Program-made: the position numbers and the translations under genes
Assembly (NCBI GenBank): GCA_963807165.1
Contig: CAWDZM010000001.1
Span: forward strand, 353,521-417,520
Reading direction: 5' to 3'
DNA length: 64,000 nucleotides
Source: an uncultured bacterium
GTDB taxonomy: Bacteria; Patescibacteriota; Minisyncoccia; UBA6257; 2-01-FULL-56-20
Part shown: in pieces, positions 8,772-19,027 of the stretch
How positions within the stretch are numbered: the stretch's first letter is position 1
Layout: each line of letters opens with the position of its first letter
The notes under the pieces: model-generated
Told to the model about the DNA's origin: nothing
Seen by the model: the letters and a program-made list of their open reading frames with translations, nothing else
The model's database searches: none

Positions 8772-11700
8772 CAAAGTTTCGTATAAGTTATATGAACAGG
8801 AGTTGTCACAGGAGTCCCTACGGTCGAAGTTACCTCAACGATAAACGCTTGCCCCGCAGGGTACGTAAGGTTCGTGCTGGTAGTTTGCCCTCCTATTCCA
8901 CAAGTGAATGAGCTTAGTATTGTGGAACTATTCGTCGTTGCGGTATCCGACGTAGGAATAAAGAAATAGATGGTCGTCGTCGCCACGGTATCATGACACG
9001 CGATCGAATTTATATTCACCGACTGCGGCGTGGTCCACTCCATAATGTTCGTCGTGTTATTTGTCGTCGTCGCGTTATCAATCACGAAGTTCCACGTTGA
9101 CGACGCAAGCGTTGAAGACACTGTAAGATTACTGCCGGACGTTCCAAGATACGCGCCCGCGCCGTAAATCGTACTGGTGCTAAATGCGTCCGCGCCGAGC
9201 GCGGTCGTCGTGGCCGTGCCACCGTTTGCTGCAGGGATGACGCCCGTGAGGGATATCGTGGTCGTGGTATTGCCTCCCGACGTGGCAACGGAAGTGGTGA
9301 CGTTCCCCGTACCAATGACATTGAAATTAATCACGCTCGACGTACCGTTGAACGTAGAAACATATGCCGTGGATGAAGATAAGAAGTCCGTCGTCGGATG
9401 CGTCGCGATCGATCCGAGTCCGAGGTTCGTCCTAAATGTTGACGTGTTATTTATATCAGAACCATTATTCGCCACGAGCATCGCGCCAGAAAGAGAAGTG
9501 AGGCATCCCGTACAGGTAAGGTTAAGCGTTGTTCCGTTTGAGAGCGATCCTCCACCGCCGAGCGGCGCGGCCGTGGCGATGGTGATAGAAGCGTTGTAAG
9601 TCGAGGTCGAAATGCCGCCGAAGTTCGCCAGCGCCGCTGCTGCCGAAGTCGCGTTCGATCCGCCGTTTGCGATTGGAAGCACTCCTGTGAATTGCGTTAT
9701 CGCGAGAGAGTTTAGTATGCCGGTAATATTAGAACCCGTCGTCGCAGAGAAATTAATTCCTCCTGCGGTCGTGGTGCTCAAGAGAGAAGCCACGTATGTT
9801 GTCGAAGAAGCCAAGAAATCCGTCGCAGGATGCGTGGCAGCGGAACCAAGTCCAAGATTTGTGCGAGCAGTTGAGGTATTCGTAAGCTCGGAGAGGTTGT
9901 TCGCTATTTGAAGATACAGGCCGTTGCCAGTAGATGAAGAGATATAATTATTCGAATTCGTCCAGCCGATCGCACCGGTCGAGGTGTTATAGGTGATGGG
10001 GTTGGTCGCGGAGAATAACGCATAGAGCGTTGAGGTGGTAAATGTTGTTGCGATGGATGTCGTGCCAGAACCCGTTACGGCGCCGGTAAGCGTGACGGTC
10101 TGGTTGCTGGTCAAACAAGTAGGACAACTGATGGTTGATGTTGAAGACCAGAGAATGGGAGAAAGAGCAGTAATCGAGGCATTGGTTAACCCACCAAAGT
10201 TGTTCGTCGATGTCGTGATGTAATGCGCATCATTCGCCCACTGGGAAATCGATGTGGTAGCAAAGTTTGCGGTGGTGAGGCCGGTGGAAGTGGAAATATA
10301 ATTGGACGGATTACTCGCGAGATAGAAGGATGAGCTATTTACGCCTTGCCATGTTCCCGCCCAGTTGCCGGTATTCGTGGCAATGCCAGTCACCGCTCCT
10401 GACGCGCCGTTAAAGGTTGAAACGAATGCGGTGCTTGAGGCGAGATAGTCGCCCGCGGAATGTGTGGCTATAGAACCCAAACCAAGATTGGATCGTGCGG
10501 CGGTTGCGCTCGCAAGGTCAGACAGATTATTCGCAGCTAGGAGCGCGCCCGAAAGCGAGGTCAGATACCCAGGATTTGTAAAGGTAAAGATGCCGGTAGA
10601 GCTGTTGTACGTAAGCGGGGTACCCGATGCCGAGAGCGCGGTCAAGGCGATGAAGGAAGAGGGATTCGCATTCGGATAATATGCGGTGCTCGTGAAGGCG
10701 TTGGATCCGAAGGAAGAAGTACTGAATGTGAGCGCAGCGCTCGTGGTCGTCGTCGAGATGGAAATAAAGGGATTTGCCGAAGTGACGGTGTATGAAGGGA
10801 TGCCGGTAGAGGTCGCAAGACCAGTGAAGACATTTCCTTGGACGCCGTTGATCGAAATGCTAGAAGTCGTGATATAGCCGAGCGAATTAGTCCAGCCAAT
10901 CGCACCCGTTGAGGTGTTGTATGTGATAGGCGCGGCGCCAGAAAGGGAATTCAAGGTGATACCACCAAAGTTGTTCGTCGATGTCGTGATGTAATGCGCA
11001 TCATTCGCCCACTGGGAAATCGATGTGGTAGCAAAGTTTGCGGTGGTGAGGCCGGTGGAAGTGGAAATATAATTGGACGGATTACTCGCGAGATAGAACG
11101 AGGAGCTATTTACCCCTTGCCATGTTCCCGCCCAGTTGCCGGTGTTCGTGGCAATACCAGTCACCGCTCCCGACGCGCCGTTGAATGTAGAAACATATGC
11201 CGTAGACGAAGCCAAGAAGTCCGTCGTTGGATGGGTAGCGGCCGATCCGAGTCCGAGATTGGATCGTGCAGCGGTCGCACTCGCGAGATCGCTCAGATTG
11301 TTTGTGGAAAGAAGTGCACCAGAAAGAGAGGAAATATATCCCGCGTCGTTAGCGAATTGAGAAACAGAGGTGGTGGCAAAGTTTGCGGCGGTAAGGCCGG
11401 TGGAGGTGGAAAGAAACGCCGTACTGTTGAACGCATTCGATCCAAAAGAGGAGGTGCTAAACGTGAGTGCCGCACTCGTCGTCGTCGTCGAAACAGAGAT
11501 GAACGGGTTTGCGGAGGTGACGTTGTACGAGGCGATGCCGGTGGAGGTCGCAAGACCGGTAAAGACATTCCCCTGCACACCGTTGATGGAGATGCTGGAG
11601 GTGGTGATATATCCAAGCGAATTCGTCCAACCGATCGCACCGGTCGAAGTATTGAAGGTGATCGGCGCGCCGCCAGAAAATAATCCGTAGAGCGTTGAGG

Positions 11701-13132
11701 TGGTGAAGGTCGTTGCGATAGATGTCGTACCAGAGCCGGTTACGGCGCCGGTAAGGGTGACGGTCTGGCTGCCGCTCAAACAGGTTGGGCAGCTAATAGT
11801 AGAGGTGGAAGACCAAACAATGGGAGAAATAGCAGTGATCGAAGCATTGGTGAGACCACCGAAATTATTCGTCGAGGTGGTAATGTATCCTGCGTCGTTG
11901 GCAAATTGAGAGATCGAGGTCGTGGCAAAATTAGCGGTGGTGAGGCCAGTGGAGGTTGCAAGGAACGCGGTACTGTTGAAAGCGTTCGATCCGAAGGAAG
12001 ACGTACTGAACGTGAGTGCCGCGCTCGTTGTGGTCGTCGAAACAGAGATGAAGGGGTTTGCGGAGGTGACGTTGTATGAGGAAAGACCAGCAGAGGATGT
12101 TGCATACCCAAAGCTATCCGTATATCCCCTAAGTGTGGCGGTTGTTACCGCGATAAGCTTTCCTGTTCCGTTCGTTGCGAGAAAAGGAGAGGAAATAATA
12201 TTCTCGTCGGTGATATCGCCGTTCACATCGAGTTTGGTTGCCGGTGCCGCCATCCCTATTCCGACATTCCCCGTAGAGGAAGAAAAGAAAAGCGTCGAGG
12301 TACCCGATAACCCTCCGGTGATGTTTGACCAGTAGGGAAAATTGAATGCGGTGACGGCGGAAGAAGTTGAGAGAGCGCCCGTGCCGCCGCCGGTAACCGT
12401 CAATGCGGTTCCCGTGGTGCTGGTCGTTGCCGAGCATCCCGAAACGCACGTCACGCTATAGGTTGCCGCACCGGTTTGTGTATTGAAAGATGACACGCCG
12501 GAATTCGTTGATGTGACATATCCCGCATCGTTCACAAATTGTGAAATGGAAGTGGTGGCAAGCGATGCCTCCAATGATCCAAAGATATTTTCCAAATTGA
12601 TCCCGCCGGGACCATTGCTATTCGCGTAATTCAAACCGATTGCCGTCGTCGAGGCGTTATAAGTGATCGGCGCGGTCACTATGAACGAACTCGACGAACT
12701 GCCGCCGCCGGTACATGTCCCCACGATAAGATCTCCCAAAGAATCGGTGCCGATGCAGGGAGCGTTCAACACATTGTCATCGCGGATATTTCCGTTGACC
12801 TCCAACGTGGTTGCCGGCGCCGCCGTCCCTATTCCAAAACGATCGGTCGTGTTGTTCCAAAAAAGATTTGCGTTGTTCTCATATACCGTTCCGCTCGCGT
12901 TGCCGATAAAAGGAACTGAGCCGGTGGTAAGCGTCGTCGTTGCCGCAAGCGGTGGGGTTACCGTGCAGTTGGGATCAGTTGGCCCGCACGAGGGGTTCGT
13001 TGTTTCTCCCGGCGCGTACGGAGAGAACGGCGGGGCAGCAAAAACCTTCGGCGCGCCCACAAAAACAAAAATGAGGGCGGCAAAAAATATCACGCCGAAG
13101 CACACGTTCTTTGTAGGTAGAAAATTCCTCAT
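8771..13132 (-). CDS. Very large Thr/Ser-rich repetitive fibre/adhesin-like surface protein
   Basis: Signal peptide; GIGTAAPATTLEVNG-type repeats; four NNLSDL..ARSNLGLG-type repeats (tail-fibre-like); ISQFANDAGYIT repeats; start placed at MRNFLP. Confidence 0.75.
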   Translation of the reverse strand: MRNFLPTKNVCFGVIFFAALIFVFVGAPKVFAAPPFSPYAPGETTNPSCGPTDPNCTVTPPLAATTTLTTGSVPFIGNASGTVYENNANLFWNNTTDRFGIGTAAPATTLEVNGNIRDDNVLNAPCIGTDSLGDLIVGTCTGGGSSSSSFIVTAPITYNASTTAIGLNYANSNGPGGINLENIFGSLEASLATTSISQFVNDAGYVTSTNSGVSSFNTQTGAATYSVTCVSGCSATTSTTGTALTVTGGGTGALSTSSAVTAFNFPYWSNITGGLSGTSTLFFSSSTGNVGIGMAAPATKLDVNGDITDENIISSPFLATNGTGKLIAVTTATLRGYTDSFGYATSSAGLSSYNVTSANPFISVSTTTTSAALTFSTSSFGSNAFNSTAFLATSTGLTTANFATTSISQFANDAGYITTSTNNFGGLTNASITAISPIVWSSTSTISCPTCLSGSQTVTLTGAVTGSGTTSIATTFTTSTLYGLFSGGAPITFNTSTGAIGWTNSLGYITTSSISINGVQGNVFTGLATSTGIASYNVTSANPFISVSTTTTSAALTFSTSSFGSNAFNSTAFLSTSTGLTAANFATTSVSQFANDAGYISSLSGALLSTNNLSDLASATAARSNLGLGSAATHPTTDFLASSTAYVSTFNGASGAVTGIATNTGNWAGTWQGVNSSSFYLASNPSNYISTSTGLTTANFATTSISQWANDAHYITTSTNNFGGITLNSLSGAAPITYNTSTGAIGWTNSLGYITTSSISINGVQGNVFTGLATSTGIPSYTVTSANPFISISTTTTSAALTFSTSSFGSNAFTSTAYYPNANPSSFIALTALSASGTPLTYNSSTGIFTFTNPGYLTSLSGALLAANNLSDLASATAARSNLGLGSIATHSAGDYLASSTAFVSTFNGASGAVTGIATNTGNWAGTWQGVNSSSFYLASNPSNYISTSTGLTTANFATTSISQWANDAHYITTSTNNFGGLTNASITALSPILWSSTSTISCPTCLTSNQTVTLTGAVTGSGTTSIATTFTTSTLYALFSATNPITYNTSTGAIGWTNSNNYISSSTGNGLYLQIANNLSELTNTSTARTNLGLGSAATHPATDFLASSTTYVASLLSTTTAGGINFSATTGSNITGILNSLAITQFTGVLPIANGGSNATSAAAALANFGGISTSTYNASITIATAAPLGGGGSLSNGTTLNLTCTGCLTSLSGAMLVANNGSDINNTSTFRTNLGLGSIATHPTTDFLSSSTAYVSTFNGTSSVINFNVIGTGNVTTSVATSGGNTTTTISLTGVIPAANGGTATTTALGADAFSTSTIYGAGAYLGTSGSNLTVSSTLASSTWNFVIDNATTTNNTTNIMEWTTPQSVNINSIACHDTVATTTIYFFIPTSDTATTNSSTILSSFTCGIGGQTTSTNLTYPAGQAFIVEVTSTVGTPVTTPVHITYTKL
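10191..11098. repeat. 137-bp identical direct repeat inside the fibre gene (10191-10327 = 10962-11098)
   Basis: Identity read directly, offset 771 bp, flanked by further degenerate repeats. Confidence 0.85.
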
Positions 13133-13216
13133 TGTCCCTATAAATATACCACAAAACCAATGACGATTTACATCTATTTTTGGGGACATGATGTGAGTCG
13201 TGTTAGAATAGAACAT

Positions 13217-14233
13217 ATGGACGATAAGCGCGTCATCAAGGTCATCAAGAAGGTCATGCCTTCGGTCGTTTCGATCGCGATCGCGGAAAAGCTTGAGGAT
13301 CTTAAAAAACAATTTCCCAAAGATTTCAATCCAGAGATTCCCGAAGGAACGGTGGACGAACGCGGGATGGTGCAGACCGGCGGCGGATCAGGATTCATCG
13401 TGGCGCCCAACGGCTTGATACTCACCAACAAACATGTGGTAAGTGAAAAGAAGGCGGAATACACCGTCATTCTGAGCGACGGCCGCACATTCCCCGCCAC
13501 GATATTGAGCCGCGACCCCATCAATGACGTTGCGATTCTAAAGATCGCCGCAGAAAAACTCCCCTGCGTAAAGTTGGGCGATGCGACGAAGCTCGAGCTC
13601 GGGCAATCGCTCATCGCGATCGGCAACGCGCTCGGCATTTTCCGCAACACCGTTTCCGTCGGCATCGTCTCCGGACTCTCGCGCTCCATCACCGCGCAAC
13701 AGGATGCGGACGCGCCGCCGCAGGAGATGCGCGGCCTGATCCAAACCGATGCCGCGATCAATCCCGGTAACTCCGGCGGCCCGATCGTAGACCGCGACGG
13801 ATATGTGATCGGCGTGAACGCCGCGATCGTCTCCGGTGCGCAATCAATCGGCTTTGCAATTCCCGTCAACGCCGCGCGCCGCGACATCGACGACATCAAA
13901 AAATACGGCCGTATCAAACGGCCGCTGCTCGGCGTGCGCTACACGATGATCGACGCCCCGCTCGCAAAAAAAATGGGGCTTCCGGTGGATTATGGCGCGC
14001 TTGTCATGCGGGAAAGCGCGCATGACTACGCCGTGGTTCCCGAAAGCCCAGCAGAAAAAGCAGAGATAAAAGAAAAGGACATCATCCTTGAATTCAATAA
14101 TAGAAAACTCGACCGCGATCATCCTATTGTCGATTTCCTCGAAGAATCCAACGTTGGCGACGAAGTGACGTTGCTTATCTTTCGCGACGGAAAGCAGATT
14201 CCGGTAAAGACGACGTTGACAGAGCGCACGTAA
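13217..14233 (+). CDS. htrA: HtrA/DegP-family serine protease (trypsin + PDZ)
   Basis: GSGFIV, TNKHV, DVAILKI, IQTDAAINPGNSGGP, C-terminal PDZ; no signal peptide visible. Confidence 0.9.
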   Translation: MDDKRVIKVIKKVMPSVVSIAIAEKLEDLKKQFPKDFNPEIPEGTVDERGMVQTGGGSGFIVAPNGLILTNKHVVSEKKAEYTVILSDGRTFPATILSRDPINDVAILKIAAEKLPCVKLGDATKLELGQSLIAIGNALGIFRNTVSVGIVSGLSRSITAQQDADAPPQEMRGLIQTDAAINPGNSGGPIVDRDGYVIGVNAAIVSGAQSIGFAIPVNAARRDIDDIKKYGRIKRPLLGVRYTMIDAPLAKKMGLPVDYGALVMRESAHDYAVVPESPAEKAEIKEKDIILEFNNRKLDRDHPIVDFLEESNVGDEVTLLIFRDGKQIPVKTTLTERT

Positions 14234-14304
14234 GACAGGCAAAATTTTTGCAATAAAAAAACGGCGCTGATTCAGCGCCGCATAGTAACGAGCCACGAAC
14301 TCGT

Positions 14305-14523
14305 TCAGCCTTTCTTCCTGAGACGAGCTTGTAACGCTTCGGCAATCTCTTCCTTTATGCCTCTGCACGCCCGGCAACCCTGGGCATGCTGGTTAAACGC
14401 TTGCACCGCCTGAGAATGTAACCAAAACTCGTCCAACGATTTGCCGGTGAGAATACCATTCAAGGCCAACCGGTAATTCTCGCGGCGCGTAGCACAATCG
14501 CTTGATCCATTGCCACCGTTCAT
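14305..14523 (-). CDS. Small protein with a zf-HC2-like HxxxCxxC motif
   Basis: C...HAQGCRAC; upstream AAGGGAG RBS and TTGACA promoter-like sequence. Confidence 0.55.
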   Translation of the reverse strand: MNGGNGSSDCATRRENYRLALNGILTGKSLDEFWLHSQAVQAFNQHAQGCRACRGIKEEIAEALQARLRKKG

Positions 14524-14579
14524 ACAAAAAACTCCCTTCTCTAGGAGAAAAAATATCACATTTCTATATTTCTGTCAAT

Positions 14580-15515
14580 TTAATATGAATAGCGATCAAC
14601 GAGCAATCCGTTCTTGTCGAACAGAACCACGATAGAGTGATATTGGTTCACGATATTAGCACCGGTCCATACCCACACCTGATTTCCCAAAAAATTCGCA
14701 TCGGTGGAATGCTGGTTAAAGCATGATCGATACGTGAAATTATTTTCGAGATATTGCATGCACGCATAATCGGTTTGCGGAATCTGCGGGCTCGACATGT
14801 CGGGCACCTGACACCCCCATAACGATGAGAGATAATTTTGGCACACGCCGGAAAAGCTCTGCAGCTGCGACTGCGGTATCGAAGGACATGTCTGTGGCAA
14901 TGCCGGAACAAAATCTGCAACGTGCGCCATATAGCCGGTACATTCATTCAACCGAAGATTGAATGGTGCAGAGGTGGAATAGAGATAGACCGTATCCCCC
15001 GTCTTGAGAAAAATGTCGCTTGCTGGTGCAAGGCCGGTGGGATCGTAAAGGTTCACCGCCTGTGGAACGAATTCATTACCGATGCTCGATTTGATCTCCC
15101 AGCCAGTGACGTCGATCGTGCTCGTGGAATTATAATCTTCATCATCGAGCGTGATCGTGCCATAGTTATAGGGTGTCGCCGCCGAGATGCCGGCGATCCG
15201 CACTTTTTGGAAATACGGCGAGATCTGCGCGGCGGTATATCCCGCAGGGATATCCGCGGGGTTCACGGTGGTCGCGCCATTGCCGGAAGAGGGCGGCGCG
15301 ATCGTCGTCCCCTCAGGCATCGATAGGCCAATTGGTGCTGACGGTCCATGCGGAATCGAAGAAGAACCGATATTAAAAAACGATAATGTGGATGACGCAC
15401 TAATCAGCGTATTGAAGCTTTTAATTCCATTCACAAATGCGCCGGAGCTGTAGAGATATAACCCCAAGCCCAGCGCGATGATAATGATAATGATGAACCC
15501 GATCTTTCCTCCCAT
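14580..15515 (-). CDS. Membrane-anchored Cys-rich protein with a lamin-tail-like domain
   Basis: N-terminal TM helix, IDVTGWEIKS, RLNECTGY, LFDKNGLLVDRYSY. Confidence 0.65.
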   Translation of the reverse strand: MGGKIGFIIIIIIALGLGLYLYSSGAFVNGIKSFNTLISASSTLSFFNIGSSSIPHGPSAPIGLSMPEGTTIAPPSSGNGATTVNPADIPAGYTAAQISPYFQKVRIAGISAATPYNYGTITLDDEDYNSTSTIDVTGWEIKSSIGNEFVPQAVNLYDPTGLAPASDIFLKTGDTVYLYSTSAPFNLRLNECTGYMAHVADFVPALPQTCPSIPQSQLQSFSGVCQNYLSSLWGCQVPDMSSPQIPQTDYACMQYLENNFTYRSCFNQHSTDANFLGNQVWVWTGANIVNQYHSIVVLFDKNGLLVDRYSY

Positions 15516-15516
15516 A

Positions 15517-18012
15517 TTAGATGACGATATTCACTAATTTTTTATCGACGTAGATGATGCGCTTCGGCGCCGCGCCGGCGGAGATTCCCCCCGCCATGAG
15601 CGCAGCCTTCACTTTTTCGCTCGCGAGTGCCATCGCCTTTGCCTCATCCTCCGTGATCACAGCATCCACCGAAACAGCATCCTTCGTCCTTCCATTCACC
15701 TGGAACACCATCGTGATCTTCTCCTCGGTGATGAGCGCGGGGTCATACGCCGGCCACGGCTCGAAGTCGAGATAGGTGTTATTCCCCATAAGCGACCACA
15801 ACTCCTGCGCCATATGCGGAGCAAACGGATGAATGATCTTGACGAGCGCCACCACCTCCTCCTTTTCGAGCGGCGCAGATGCCTCTAACTCATTTAATAC
15901 TATCATCAATGCGGAAATCGCGGTGTTAAATTTGAATGCCTCGATATCCTCGCCCACTTTTTTGATCGTGCGATGAAGCGCAACCCGCGCGGAGGGCTTT
16001 TTTGTTAGTGATCCGGAAGCCGGATTTTGTCCGCTGGCACTGCCCTCTAAAGTATCACTGATATATTTCCAAAACCGTTTTAAGAATCGCTCGACGCCAA
16101 GAATCCCCCGTGCGTCCCACGGCGTCGGATCGTCGAACGGCCCGAGGAACATCAAGTACATCCGCATGGCATCCGCGCTAAACTCGGCGACGATCTCGTC
16201 CGGGTTCACCACATTACCCTTACTCTTGGACATCTTTGCACCATCCGTACCCATGATAAGCCCGATGTGACGAAGCTTTTTGAACGGCTCGGTAAATGAG
16301 AAATATCCTTCGTCGTGCAAAAACTTTGTGATGAAGCGCGAGTAGAGCAAATGCATCACCGTGTGCTCCGCGCCGATCACGTAGAGATCCACCGGCATCC
16401 AGTGCGCCACTTTTTCCTTGCTGAAAATTTCCGTCGCGTTATGCGGATCCGGATAACGGAGGAAGTACCACGACGAATCCACGAAGGTGTCGAGCGTCTC
16501 CGGATCGCGTTTTGCGTCGCCACCGCACTGCGGACACTTCACATTGATAAAGCTCGGCGAACTCGCGAGCGGAGGCATCCCCTGCGGACGATAGTTCTCC
16601 AGGTCGGGCAGTACCACTGGCAATTCACTCTCCGGCACGGACACGATGCCGTCCTTCGGACAATGGATCATTGGGATCGGCACACCCCAGTAGCGCTGGC
16701 GCGAAACGGACCAGTCGCGGATCTTATACTGCGTCTTTAGCTGGCCGCCAGCAAATTTTACGATCTCTGCTTTCGCTTTTTCGGAATCCATGTCAGTGAA
16801 CCGACCGGAATTCACAAGATCACCCACGCCTTCCCAAAGATCTTCTTCCGCACGCAACTCCGGTGATGCACCGCCCATCGCGGCACCAACAGCCGGCACG
16901 CCAGAGATAATCGGCTTGGGAAGCACCACTTTTTTTATCGGCAAGTTGAATTTCTTTGCAAACTCAAAATCCCGTTCATCATGTGCAGGCACTGCCATGA
17001 TCGCACCAGTACCATAGGAACCCAGCACATAATCCGCGATCCATACCGAAATTTCTTCCTGCGTTGCCGGATTGATTGCACGCATACCCTTCAATTCCAC
17101 GCCCGTTTTATTCTTGACTTCCTCTTGGCGCATCCGGTCGGTCTTATGCGTCGTCTCCTCTCGGTATTTTTCAACTTCCGCCCAGTTTTCGATTTTTGAT
17201 TTCAGCCCTTCTATCAACGCATGCTCAGGCGCAAGCACTAGATATGTTGCGCCAAACAACGTGTCGGGGCGCGTGGTAAAAACTTCAACGGCCACATCAG
17301 AATTTTTTAATAAAAACTTTAACAGCGCACCTTCGCTCCTCCCGATCCAATCCTCCTGACGCTTGATCGTGGCGGATGGCCAGTCGAGGCCATCAAGGTC
17401 GGCGAGCAAACGGTCTGCGTAGTCGGTAATCTTAAGGAACCACTGCTCCATGGCGCGCTCTTCTATTTCCGTTCCGCACCGCTCACACTTGCCGTCGATC
17501 ACCTGCTCGTTCGCGAGCACGGTCTGGTCCTTCGGACACCAGTTCACTTTTGCGTCCTTACGATACGCCAATCCTTTTTTAAAAAGTTGGATAAAGAGCC
17601 ACTGCGTCCACTTATAATATTCCGGCGATGCGGTGTCGATCTCGCGATCCCAGTCATACGAGAATCCGAACATCTGCACCTGGCGGCGGAAGTTGGTGGT
17701 ATTCGCGAGCGCGACTTCCTTTGGCGGCTTCCCTACCTTGATGGCATAGTTTTCCGTCGGGAGGCCGAACGCGTCCCATCCCATCGTATACAAAACCTCG
17801 TACCCACGCATGCGCATGTAGCGTGCGTGGATGTCCTCCGCGGTATAGCCCTTAGGATGACCCATGTGCAAGCCAGCCGCGGACGGGTAGGGAAACGTCT
17901 CTAGCTGATAATATTTTGGCTTCGCCGAATCGTCGGCAGCTTTAAAGACCTTCTCTTCGAGCCACTTCTTGTTCCATTTTTCCTCGATCTTCTTTGGGTC
18001 GTAGGGAGGCAT
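15517..18012 (-). CDS. leuS: Leucine--tRNA ligase
   Basis: FPYPSAAGLHMGH, FTTRPDT, GTGAIMAVPAHD, KMSKSKGN. Confidence 0.97.
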   Translation of the reverse strand: MPPYDPKKIEEKWNKKWLEEKVFKAADDSAKPKYYQLETFPYPSAAGLHMGHPKGYTAEDIHARYMRMRGYEVLYTMGWDAFGLPTENYAIKVGKPPKEVALANTTNFRRQVQMFGFSYDWDREIDTASPEYYKWTQWLFIQLFKKGLAYRKDAKVNWCPKDQTVLANEQVIDGKCERCGTEIEERAMEQWFLKITDYADRLLADLDGLDWPSATIKRQEDWIGRSEGALLKFLLKNSDVAVEVFTTRPDTLFGATYLVLAPEHALIEGLKSKIENWAEVEKYREETTHKTDRMRQEEVKNKTGVELKGMRAINPATQEEISVWIADYVLGSYGTGAIMAVPAHDERDFEFAKKFNLPIKKVVLPKPIISGVPAVGAAMGGASPELRAEEDLWEGVGDLVNSGRFTDMDSEKAKAEIVKFAGGQLKTQYKIRDWSVSRQRYWGVPIPMIHCPKDGIVSVPESELPVVLPDLENYRPQGMPPLASSPSFINVKCPQCGGDAKRDPETLDTFVDSSWYFLRYPDPHNATEIFSKEKVAHWMPVDLYVIGAEHTVMHLLYSRFITKFLHDEGYFSFTEPFKKLRHIGLIMGTDGAKMSKSKGNVVNPDEIVAEFSADAMRMYLMFLGPFDDPTPWDARGILGVERFLKRFWKYISDTLEGSASGQNPASGSLTKKPSARVALHRTIKKVGEDIEAFKFNTAISALMIVLNELEASAPLEKEEVVALVKIIHPFAPHMAQELWSLMGNNTYLDFEPWPAYDPALITEEKITMVFQVNGRTKDAVSVDAVITEDEAKAMALASEKVKAALMAGGISAGAAPKRIIYVDKKLVNIVI

Positions 18013-18046
18013 ATCCCAATCATTCTACGGCTTTACGGGCGATTTC

Positions 18047-18961
18047 TCAACGTCCGATCCCGAATATCCGCTTCGCGTTCTCCCAGATCTGCGCCTTCAT
18101 TTCGTCAGGTGTTACACCTTTCAACTCCGCGAGCTTCGCCACGGTATGCACCACATACGCCGGCTCGTTGCGCTTGCCGCGGAACGGCGCGGGCGCGACG
18201 TATGGCGCGTCGGTTTCGCTCAGAATGCGATCAATCGGGATGAGCGCGATCGCTTCGTCGTAATCACCCTGTGCCTTGCCCTTGCGCGGCGGGAACGTCA
18301 CAACACCACCGAACGTGAATGAAAATCCCAGCTCAAGCAACACGCGGGCATCGCCGGGCGTACCGGTAAAGAAATGGATGATGCCGGGCGGGAGCTCATG
18401 CGCGTGCGGGCGCAAAAACTCGATCAATTCGGGAAACGCGTCGCGGCAATGGATTATTAATGGTTTTTTAACCTCTTTTGAAAGCTCGATCTGCGCGAGC
18501 AGCGCATCTTTCTGGCGGGCGATCTGCGCCTCGCGCGGCTCGTCGTCGTTGAAATGGAAATAATCCAAACCGCACTCACCGATCGCAACCGTCGCGGGAT
18601 TCAACGCAAGCGCCCTATAATAGTCGGCGTCGAATATTTCGCCGCGCGAGGTGAATGTTTTGATCACGCCCTCCGCAGCCGCCTCCCCGCCACCGAGCTC
18701 CTGCTCGTCATGGAACGATCGGCTGGTATGAATCGGGTGGAGTCCGATCGCGGCGTACAACTCACCGGGATACTGCTCCGCAAGTAAGACCGCCGCGCGC
18801 GAGGTATCTTTTTGCGTGCCGACGTTCACCATGCGCACATCGGCGTCCTGCGCGCGGCGGATGACCGCATCGCGATCGGCATCGTAACCGGAAAACTGCG
18901 TATGGGTATGCGCATCGAGAAAGTGCGGCGATTGCGTTGATTGTTTGATTGGCTCTTGCAT
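18047..18961 (-). CDS. tatD: TatD-family DNase
   Basis: DAHTH, GLHP, IGECGLDY, IHCRDA, SETDAPY; start placed at MQEPIK. Confidence 0.9.
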   Translation of the reverse strand: MQEPIKQSTQSPHFLDAHTHTQFSGYDADRDAVIRRAQDADVRMVNVGTQKDTSRAAVLLAEQYPGELYAAIGLHPIHTSRSFHDEQELGGGEAAAEGVIKTFTSRGEIFDADYYRALALNPATVAIGECGLDYFHFNDDEPREAQIARQKDALLAQIELSKEVKKPLIIHCRDAFPELIEFLRPHAHELPPGIIHFFTGTPGDARVLLELGFSFTFGGVVTFPPRKGKAQGDYDEAIALIPIDRILSETDAPYVAPAPFRGKRNEPAYVVHTVAKLAELKGVTPDEMKAQIWENAKRIFGIGR

Positions 18962-19027
18962 GATTAGTGAAGTTATTTTATTATACGGGCAGTTACCCGC
19001 ACTCGCAACATCTATGGAGGAAGAACG

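Noticed and set aside
8771-13132. CRISPR array or prophage tail gene
   Set aside because: The repeats are in-frame coding modules without unique spacers; the protein has a signal peptide and no cas or phage genes are nearby
13133-13312. Apparent overlap of the fibre gene and htrA, and similar long N-terminal extensions (tatD, metG, M16 peptidase, regulator)
   Set aside because: An artefact of longest-ORF calling; downstream ATGs with adjacent -10 boxes remove the overlaps
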